From assembly GCF_963921235.1 (NCBI RefSeq), contig NC_086097.1, positions 179,988,001-180,052,000 of the forward strand: a DNA stretch of 64,000 nucleotides, in the 5' to 3' direction. A model generated the notes under the pieces. The model was not told the origin of the DNA. It worked only from the letters and a program-made list of their open reading frames with translations, and did not search any database. The translations under genes and the position numbers were made by a program. Every line of letters starts with the position of its first letter. Position 1 is the first letter of the stretch. Source of the DNA: Mobula hypostoma. Its lineage: Eukaryota. Below are positions 54,300 to 64,000 of the stretch, piece after piece.

Positions 54300-54930
54300 C
54301 TTTCAGAAATCTGATGGTAGAGGGGAAAAAGCTGTTCCTGAAACATTGAATGTGTGTCTTCAGTCTCCTGTACCACCTCCTTGATGGTAGCAATGAGAAG
54401 AGGGCATGTCCTTGGTTATGAGGGTGCTTAATGGATGCCTCCTTTAGAAGCATCGACTTTTGAAGGTGTCCTCAATTCTGAGGAGTTAGTGCCCATGATG
54501 GAAGTGGCTGTGTTTACAGCTTTCTGCAGGTTTTTCCAATCCTGTGCAGTGGCCCCTCCAGACCAGTCAGTGAGGCAACCTGTTAAAATGCTCTCTGTGG
54601 TACTCCTGCAGAAATCTGTGAGAGTCTTTGGTGACATACCAAGTCTCTTGAAACTCCTAATGAAACATAACCACTGTGGTGTCTTCTTTGTAATTGCATC
54701 AATATGTCAGGCCCAGGTCAGGGCTACGGAGATGTTGACACCCAGCAACAAGGAATTGCTCTCCCTTTCCATTATTGATCCCTCGATGAGGACTGGTGTG
54801 TGTTCTACTGTCTTCTCCTTCCTGAAGTCCACAATCAATTCCTTGGTATTGCTGACATTGAGTGCAAGGTTGTTGTTGCGACACAATTCAATCAGATAAT
54901 CAATCTCACTCCTCGTCACCATCTCCTGTG
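54300..54930 (-). mobile_element. Rex1/Babar-type LINE 3' fragment
   Basis: LCRNNNLALNVSNTKELIVDFRK and MSPKTLTDFCRSTTESILTGCLTDW. Confidence 0.8.
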
Positions 54931-57548
54931 AGGAGGAAGTGTACAGGAGTATGGAAATCGTGTGATTGCTATTTTATGTGGTGTTCATAACAAAGAAATA
55001 GTCACCAACCTACTCTAGCGTAAGGAAGGGAGAGAATAAAGAATGAACAGATAAAGACAAAAACAAAGAAACTGTGGTCATCTCACATTAAAAACTAACT
55101 CAAATTAGAAAGATCAAGGATATTCCATTGATAATAAGTAACCTATTAAATAGCCAGGTTCAGTTGTGTGACATTTTATGCAAAGGCTGCACAAAAACCT
55201 CTTGAAAAGTACAGAACTAGCTATACTACTATAGGTGAAATTAAACATAAACAGGTGATTATTTAAAAATATAGGCAAGCATAAAGTTAGTTGAACTGCA
55301 AGAAAAATAACAACTTAGACTCTAACCCACACTACCTTTGCCCTTCCCTCCTCACCTGGATCCACATATCACCCTGCCAGCGCCCGTTCCACCCCCCTTC
55401 CCTCCACCTCTTTATACTACCCATCTTTCAGTCCAGACGAGGGGTCTTGACAGAAAGCGTTGGCTGTCCACCTCTCTACAGCAGATGCTGCTCAGCCTGA
55501 TGAGTTCCTCCAACAGTGCATGTGCTATTTCACGAATACAAACTCTGAGCTAAGGCACCACCCCTGTACAAGAAAACAGGCACAAAGTTTCATAGACACC
55601 ATTCACCATTGCTCTGCTGAGGGGCTTTTGTGCTGCCGGCATAATGAATGAGCTGATGCCTCAACTTACAGTAACTTTCCATTTGCCTGCAAAGCACTCA
55701 AGGACCCACCAACAGGATAAATGGTGGCAGTCACTTCACTGACAGTGTGAGAGAACAGTAACCAGTCTCTAAGGACTGTGTTTGGATCTTGTTAGATTTC
55801 AGAGCCCTGTTCACACTTCTACCCCTCCCCTCTTCTTACTGAAGCAGTATCAAGTGGTCCACAGAGCACTACACTACAGCAGAGGAAAAAGACCTTTGAT
55901 TAGATTAGATTTATTTATTTATCACATGTACCTCCTGTACCTACTAAAGTGGCCACTAAGTGTATGTCATGGTCTTCTGCTGCTGCAGCCCATCCACTTC
56001 AAGATTCAATGCGTTGTGTTTAGAGATGCTTTTCTGCATGCCACTTTTGTAATGCATGGTTATTTGCGTTGCTGTTGCCTTCCTGTCAGTTTTAACCAGT
56101 ATGGTCATTTTCCTCTGACTGCTCTCATTAACAAGGCATTTTTGCCTACAGAACTGGCACTCACTGATGTAAACGCAAGAGACTGTTGTGCGTGAAAATC
56201 CCAGGAGATCAGTAGTTTCTGAGATACTCAAACTACCCCGTCTGGCACCAGCAATTTTCCCATGGTCAAAGTCACTGAGATCACATTTCTTCCCCATTCT
56301 GATGTTTGGTCTGAACAACAATTGAACCTCTTGATCATGTCTGCATGCTTTTATGCATTGAGTTGCTGCCACATAATTGGCCAATTATCAGAATCAGAAT
56401 TAGGTTTATTATCACCGGCATGTGACATGAAATCTGTTAACTTAGCAGCAGCAGTTCAATGCAATACATTTAATAGGAGAAAAAAAATAGTAATAAGTAA
56501 GTAAAACTTATTCAGAATACTTTATACAGTATATGTATATTGAATAGATTAAAAATCGTGCAAAAACAGAAATAATATTGTGACAAGAATACACATAGAT
56601 TACGATGTAGCTGTCCTGTGCTGGCACCAGTGGGATCAGCAGTTGGTCTGCCACCTGTCTTCAGGAGAGACAGAGATAAGGAAAACAATGGAGCAGCACT
56701 TGGAGATGTGTAATGAAGGGACGGGAGAGAGAATAACAGAAGGAGAGAGCTGTCAAGAGTGGCTCCCCCTTTTAACCCTGAACTGTTTGAAGTGATGGAC
56801 AGGCGATACCCCAGCAGAGGGATAAAAAGGGACAGGTTCGCTAGGGCGACACACACGACACCTGAGGTAACAAGACCCTGGAAGCGGTGCGTCTCTCACA
56901 AGTCGGTGGGAAGTACCGGGCCATAAGCGCACAGGGTGGAAAGGCACGATCGGCGGGAACCTGGTGTGTGTCCACCCTTGCCTGGGTGCCAGGTTCAGCG
57001 CAGGGAAACGATCGTATCTGGAAACAGAGGGGTCACGGTCGGTGACCTCAGATGACATCACAAAGGACTCGCCCGAAAGCTGACTGCGAAGGTCTGTCTG
57101 GAAACCTTGAATATTCATTCGTTTTGCTCTCTCTCTCTCCTTCCCCCCACTGTCCATTGCCACGGCAGCGAATACTGCGAACTGAACTGAACTAAATTGA
57201 ACTGAACTTTGCATCACTTTGAAACTGGTCATTTACCCCTAGACAACAATAGAGCTTGATTAATCCTGTTATCTTAATTCTGTGTACATGTATGTTTATC
57301 ATTGCTGAACTGTTGCATTCATTATCCTTTTGATTAGAGTACTGTGTTGCTTGTTTCTTTAATAAAACTTTCTTAGTTCTAGTAATCCAGACTCCAACTG
57401 AGTGACCCATTTCTGCTGGTTTGGCAACCCAGTTACAGGGTACGTAACATAAGTGGGGTTCTCGTCCGCGATTTTGAACGCTAAATTTGGGACGGAGTAA
57501 ATTGATTGGGTCGAAATTCCCGAAAGAAAGAAAAGACAAACAGCAGAA

Positions 57549-59614
57549 ATGGAGGCTGAGGAAATTATAAAGGCGCCGACCTTGGAGGCATTAGAGGATG
57601 CCAGGAAATCGGAATTGGTAGCTGTGGCCAAACGGTTGAATCTTGCTAAGGGGAAGTCGACAATGAGGAGAGAGGAGATACACAGAGCTATCGTAGAGCA
57701 CTATGTATCTAAAGGTGTGTTTCCCCAAGGGGAGCTGGAGGTGGTGTCTGTTGAAAAACCTGCCGGAGACGCGGTACAGGTACAGCTTGAAAAACTGAGA
57801 CTCGAGCACGAGTTCTGGGTACGGCAGTTAGAACACGAAGAGAAGCAGTTAGAAAGGCAGGAGAAAGAGAGAGAGTTAAAAAGGCAGGAGATAGAGAAAG
57901 AGAGAGACAGCTGGAGCGAGAGGAGAAACAGAGGGAAAGGGAATTCGAGCTGGAGAAGTTAAAGATAAGGGCCGAGCAGGGGCCTGTGCCGAACCAAGGT
58001 GGAGGGTTCCGGGCGACCCAGGAGGTTAGGCTGGTTCCCCCATTTGATGATACCGACATGGATCGGTACTTTCTCCATTTCGAAAAAGTGGCTACAAGTC
58101 AGGACTGGCCGAGGGATAAGTGGGTTGTTTTGCTTCAGAGTGTACTGAAAGGGAAAGCCCAAGAAGCTTACTCAGCTTTGTCTGCGGAAGATGCCCAGAG
58201 GTATGAGGTGGTGAAAGAGGCCATCCTCAGGATTTTTGAGTTGGTCCCGGAGGCATACCCGCAGAGGTTCCGGAATGCGAGGAAGCAGTGGGACTGCACG
58301 TATTTGGAGTTTGCCCGTGAGATGCAGACATATTGTGACCGTTGGTGCGCCTCGAAGGGGGTAGAGGGGGATTATGACAGACTGCTACAACTGATCCTGA
58401 TTGAGCAGTTTAAAGGTTGTGTCCCTGAGCGTATGAGACCCTACCTAGATTAGAAAGAGGCAGCCACGTTAGCCGCAACTGCTAAGTTAGCGGATGAGTA
58501 TGCGTTGACGCATAAAATGAAGTTTGCCCCGAGTAAAGGCAACCAGAAGGGTAGTCAGGATGGTGGGGAGAGTCCGCCAGAAAAGTCAGAGAGTAAGCCG
58601 GGGACTAGTGAGAAGGATAAGGTAGACCGGGAGCAGTCTGGTAGGAAGTCTCCTGGGGTCGTCTGTTATAATTGCGGGAAAGTCGGACACTTTGCGTCCA
58701 GGTGCTTTGCCCCAAAGAAGGAGACGGGAAAAGGAAAAATGGTGATTTTGACTGGCTGTATCGAGCTGGTAAACGAACTGCTAGGGAAGGACAGGTCTGC
58801 CAAAGTTCAGGAAGGGTGCGAGAAGTTTATCTCGGCCGGATTGGTGTCAGTGAAGGAGGGGTTAAAACCAGTTCCAGTGCAGATCTGGAGAGACACGGGA
58901 GCGTGTCAGTCACTAATACTGAAGAGTGTATTAGAGTTTAGCTCAGAGACCCAGACTGGGGAGGTCAAGGTCAAAGGTATTGGAGAAGGGACAGAGACAG
59001 TCCCTTTGCACCAGGTACACTTACAAAGCAACCTGGTCTCTGGACTAGTCACGATCGGGGTGAGGTCCGAATTACCGATGAAAGGCATGGAAGTCTTGCT
59101 CGGTAATGACCTCGCCGGGGGAATCGTGTTCGAAGCAGTGAGATTGACAGGTCAGCCTGCCAGCATTGAGGCCCCGCCCATGGATTCACAGGTTCATCAC
59201 GGGACCGCAGTAGTAAATTTAGCTGAGACGTTTCTGCCAGCCTTGTACAAGAAGGGGGTAGAAAGTGAAAAGAAGGAGTGTAGTGAAACAAGAGGTAGTG
59301 AGGGAGCTGAGACAGACTTAGCATTAGCCAGGAAAGAATTTATGCAGGTGCAGGAGCGAGATGAGGGGCTGATGGTTTTGGTGGAGGAGGAAGTGCTAAG
59401 GAAGAAGGGGAAACCAAGTACCGTGCCCGCAGATGAGGAATGGGGGGTGGTGCAAAAGAGTTATGGGGATGAGGTTTTTAACCTGGCCCACAAGGTACCC
59501 CCCGGTGGACATTTTGCGGTACTGGAGGGAACAGTTGGTGGAATCATGAAAGAGGTTTACTGGCTGCACCGAAGGAAGGATGTTATTGATTATGGCCGAC
59601 GCGAATTGAGATAG
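57549..59614 (+). pseudogene. gag-protease-integrase(N-terminal) pseudogene: SCAN-like capsid, CCHC knuckle, aspartic protease
   Basis: LVPPFDDTDMDRYFLHFEKVA...LILIEQFKGCVP, CYNCGKVGHFASRC, RDTGACQS...LLGNDL, LAHKVPPGGHF. One frameshift near 57910 and an in-frame TAG at 58451-58453. Confidence 0.88.
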
Positions 59615-59899
59615 TCACAGGCTTTTGATATGCTAACAAACCTAGTCGGTGTTAGCGCGGAAATCAATGAAGCTAGGGTCCCCCTGATAAGAGAAAAAAA
59701 CCATTTTGAAAAGATGAGTATGGTATCAACCAGATGGGAGAAGGCTATTGTTTTGGCCAGCTCTGCTGATAAGGTGAACAAAGCGACTCTTTAGGAGAAG
59801 TAATTAAACGACTCGCACACGTGTATTTGATTGTCCCGAGGCGATGCAAAGAACTGGGACGTTGCGTGGTGTCTGTTCACTAGGTCAGCCTAGCGAGCA

Positions 59900-60420
59900 A
59901 CATCCATATAAAATGAGTAATTCAGTGACTAAAGGGCTGACGAACACAGAGGTGTGTATTGGCAATGTAATACGGCTGTCTGAAGCCAGCTTGATAGTGA
60001 ACCTTGAAAAAAATGAGTTCGGCCACACGAAGGTCACTTACCTGGGAATTGTGGTGACACAGGGGCAGCTGGCAGCGATGCAAGCTACAGTGCAGGCTAT
60101 CGCTGACCTCCCAACCCCGACAGACAAGAGGGCCCTCAGAAGGCTCTTGGAGATGGTGGGGTACTGTAGGAAGTTTTGCAATAACTCTGCGGTTACTACC
60201 CCTCCCCCTCCTCCTAAGCCCTTGCGAGAGAAAACTAAGTCGGAATGGGACGACCCTTGTTATTGTGGTCCGGGACAAAACCAAATGAGAGGTTACATTG
60301 ATCGCAATTCATCAGTGTTTTTGGCCACTATGAAGTTTGCTAAGTTGGAGCCTGGTCTAAGGGATTATTAATAACACATATAAAAGGAACGGAAAATGTG
60401 ATTGCTGACTGTCTGTCAGG
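59900..60420 (+). pseudogene. Eroded RT/RNase H remnants of the LTR element
   Basis: RLSEASLIVNLEKNEFGHTKVTYLGIVV...LRRLLEMVGYCRKF and HIKGTENVIADCLS. Confidence 0.8.
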
Positions 60421-62799
60421 TGTTGACAACTTCAAACTCGCTGTATTAGCCAAATAGCTGATAAAGATGTATATGTGTGTGTATCAAATAATGTATTCAT
60501 GTTTGTAATTTTTACCCCCGGTAAAAATCCTTGAAGGGGGGAAGTGTGACAAGAATACACATAGATTAAGATGTAGCTGGCCTGGGCTGGCACCAGTGGG
60601 ATCAGCAGTTGGTCTGCCACCTGTCTTCAGGAGAGAGAGAGATAAGGAAAACAATGGAGCAGCACTTGGAGATGTTAATGAAGGGGAAGGAGAGCTATCA
60701 AGATCGGCTCCCCCTTTTAACCCTGAACTGTTTGAAGTGATGGACAGGCGATACCCCAGCAGAGGGATAAAAAGGGACAGGTTCGCTAGGGCGACACACA
60801 CGACACCCGAGGTAACAAGACCCTGGAAGCGGTGCGTCTCTCACAAGTCGGTGGGAAGTACCGGGCCATAAGCGCACAGGGTGGAAAGGCACGATCGACG
60901 GGAACCTGGTGTGTGTCCACCCTTACCTGGGTGCCAGGTTCACCGCAGAGAAACGATCGTATCTGGAAACGGAGGGGTCACGGTCGGTGACCTCAGATGA
61001 CATCACAAAGGATTCACCCGAAAGCTGACTGCGAAGGTCTGTGTGGAAGCCTTGAATATTCATTCGTTTTGCTCTCTCTCTCCTTCCCCCCACTGTCCTT
61101 CGCCACGGCAGCGATTACTGCGAACTGAACTGAACTAAATTGAACTGAACTTTGCATCACTTTGAAACTGGTCATTTACCCCTAGACAACGATAGAGCTT
61201 GATTAATCCTGTTATCTTAATTCTATGTACATGTACGTTTATCATTGCTGAACTGTTGCATTCATTATCCTTTTGATTAGAGTACTGTGTTGCTCGTTTC
61301 TTTAATAAGACTTTCTTAGTTCTAGTAATCCAGACTCCAACTGAGTGATCCATTTCTGCTGGTTTGGCAACCCAGTTACGGGGTACGTAACAATTTATAT
61401 ACTTTAAAAAGTGAGGTAGTGTCCAAGGATTCAATGTCCATTTAGGAATCAGATGGCAGAGGGGAAGAAGCTGTTCCTGAATCGCTGAGTGTGTACCTTC
61501 AGGCTTCTGTATCTTCTACCTGATAGTAACAGTGAGAAAAGAGCATGCCCTGGGTGCTGGAGGTCCTTAATAATAGACGCTGCCTCTCTGAGACACCGCT
61601 CCTTGAAGATGTCCTGGGTACTTTGTAGGTTAGTACCCAAGATGAAACCGACTAAATTTACAACCCTCTGCAGCTTCTTTCAGTCCTGTGCAGTAGCCCC
61701 CCCCCCCCGCCCCCCGCATACCAGACAGTGATGCAGCCTGTCAGAATGCTCTCCATGGTACATCTATAGAAGTTTTTGAGTGTATTTGTTGACATACCAA
61801 ATCTCTTCAAACTCCTAATAAGGTATAGCCTCTGTCTTGCCTTCCTTACAACTGCATTGATATGTTGGGACCACCTTAGATCCTCAGAGATCTTGACAGC
61901 CAGCAACTTGAAACTGCTCACTGTCTCCACTTCTGATCCCTCTATAAGGATTGGTATGTGTTTCTTTGTCTTACCCTTCCTGAAGTCCACAATCAGCTCT
62001 TTCATCTTACTGATGTTGAATGCCAGATTGTTGCTGTGGCACCACTCCATTAGTTGGCATATCTCACTCCTGTACGCTCTCGCGTCACCACCTGAGATTC
62101 TACCAATTAGATACTTGCATGAAGGAACAGGTGTACAGGTGTACCTAATAAAGTGGCTCCTGAATGTACCGTGAAATGTGTAATTTGAATTAACAACCAA
62201 CACAATCTGAGGATGTGCTGGGTCAGCCTGCAAGTGGCGCCACACATGTCCACAATGTTCAGTGGAACAACACACAACAAGCAACAACAGCAATCTCCTT
62301 TCCCACCAACCCCCACCCACAACACGCTGCCAGAGGACCTGATGGAGGCAGGAAGAGTGACAACACTTAAGAGGCGTCAGAACAGGTACCTGAATGAGCA
62401 GAGCACAGAGGAATTTGGAATTAATGCAGGAAAATGGGATTAGTACAGACAGGTATTATGTTTCTGTGCTGTGCAACTCTGTGAGCTGCAACTGTCCTGG
62501 GCAGTTGCAATGATTCTGCAGCTTTACCTCTGTTCCTGCCGCACCTCACATTCTGATGCTCCTGCCTGCTCCTTCCAATCAAAGCATTTTGAGGTTTTTG
62601 GAAAAAACTGACATTGGCCATAGAGTCTCTCCTTGTTCTTTCCACATACTAGTCTTCTGTTTTGTTGGACCTGCATAGTTTGTAAAGGTGCTCTCTGCAC
62701 TCAGTCTAACGTAGAATCAAACATCAATCAAATATAAAATCAAAATCAGATTTATCACCACTGATGCAAACAACATGTTCTATTTTATGTTTCAGCAGA

Positions 62800-64000
62800 G
62801 GTACATAGAAACATAGAAATCTACAGCATATTTCAAGCCTTCAGCCCACAATGTTGTACTGACCATGTAACCTACTCTAGAAATTGCCTAGAATTTCCCT
62901 ACCACATAGCCCTCTATTTTACTAAGCTCCATGTACCTATCTAAGAGTCTATTAAGAGACCCTATTGCATCTGCCTCTACCACCATCGCTGGCAGTGCAT
63001 TCCACACAACCACCACTCTCTGTGTGAAAAATGTACCTCTGACATCCCTTCTATACCTACTTCCAAACACCTTAAAACTGCCCTCTTGTGTTAGCCATTT
63101 CAGCCCTGGGAAAATCTGACTATCCACACGATCAATGCCTCTCATCATTTTGTACACCTCTGTCAGGTCACCTCTCATCCTCCATCACTCCAAGGAAAAA
63201 AGGCCAAGTTCACTCAACCTAATCTCATAAGGCATGCTCTCTAATCTAGGTAACATCCTTGTAAATCTCCCCTGCAATCTCTCTATAGTATCCACATCCT
63301 TCCTGGAGTGAGGTGACCAGAACTAAACACAGTACTCCTAGTGGGGTCCAACTAAGGTCTTAGCTGTAACATTACCTCACGGCTCTTGAACTCAATCCCA
63401 CGGTTGATGAAGGCCAACTTACCATACGCCTTCTTAACAACACTATCAACCTGCATAGCAGCTTTTAGTGTCTTATGGACATGGACCCCAAGATCTCACT
63501 GACCCTCCACGCTGCCGCGAGTCTTACCATTAATATTATATGCTGTCTTCGTATCTGACTTACTGAAATTAACCACTTCACACTTATTTAGGTTGAACAC
63601 ATCACCCAGTTCTCAGCCCAGTTTTGCAAGCTATCGATGTTGCACTGTAACCTCTGATAACCATCCAGACTATCCACAACACCCCAACTTTTGTGTCATC
63701 AGCTAAGTTACCAGCCCACCCTTCTACTTCCTCATCCAGTTCATTTATAAAAATCACAAAGAGGAGGGGTCCCAGAACAGATCCCTGTGGAACACCACTG
63801 GTTACCATCTTCCATGCAGAATACGAACCATCTACAACCACCCTTTGCCTTCTGTGGTCAAGCCAATTCTGGATCCATAAAGCAAAGTCTCCTTGGGTCC
63901 CATGCCTTATTTCTTTCTGAATGAGTCTTGGACGGGGAACCTTATCAAATGCCTTACTGAAATCCATATACACTGCATCTACTGCTCTACCTTCATCAAT
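62800..64000 (-). mobile_element. CR1 LINE 3' half, running off the window
   Basis: YMDFSKAFDKVP...GVPQGSVLGPLLFVIFINELD...ADDTKVG, and a tail (TTTCTATG)n. Confidence 0.9.

Larger units (their letters stand above)
56579..61392 (+). mobile_element. Gypsy LTR retrotransposon, Gmr1-like, non-autonomous
   Basis: LTRs 56579-57449 and 60545-61392 (TG...CA), tRNA-Pro-like PBS 57454-57472, PPT 60533-60544, imperfect TSD ATAT/ATTT. Confidence 0.93.
56388..62102 (-). mobile_element. Rex1/Babar-type LINE 3' fragment (56388-56578 plus 61393-62102)
   Basis: 7-bp TSD CCAATTA (56381-56387, 62103-62109), (ATTCTG)n tail and EWCHSNNLAFNISKMKELIVDFRK...KARQRLYLIRSLKRFG. Confidence 0.85.
55929..62168 (-). mobile_element. 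Tc1-like element (pieces at 55929-56387 and 62103-62168) split by a LINE plus LTR insertion
   Basis: Transposase N-terminal HTH MGKKCDLSDFDHGKIAGARRGSLSISETTDLLGFSRTTVS. Terminal motif tgtacctaataaagtggc at about 62140. Confidence 0.75.

Noticed and set aside
34700..64000. Divergent neighbour gene such as ANKRD29
   Set aside because: No ankyrin-like or other host exons were recognisable by eye, although tiny exons cannot be excluded.

Overview
Repeat-dense vertebrate genomic DNA. The repeat complement (CR1, Rex1/Babar, Penelope, V-SINE-like, Tc1) suggests a cartilaginous fish, probably a ray; this is inference. The only host gene I can support is the 5' end of a laminin alpha chain, most likely LAMA3 long form, on the minus strand: exon 1 CDS 33498-33244 in a CpG island and exon 2 at 20003-19851, with later exons beyond the left edge. 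The rest is mostly nested transposon debris: a Gmr1-type (SCAN-gag) Gypsy LTR element, two solo LTRs, a near-full CR1, Tc1 elements, SINEs and Penelope-like elements. Two observations stand out. First, a 35-nt copy of the laminin start-codon region is inserted into a repeat about 1 kb upstream, with substitutions that are synonymous and G:U-compatible. Second, a young Penelope subfamily forms TSD-flanked inverted insertions; the large one carries two intact minimal hammerhead ribozymes and a 93-bp miniature is a bare hairpin. All coordinates were read by eye and no searches were run.
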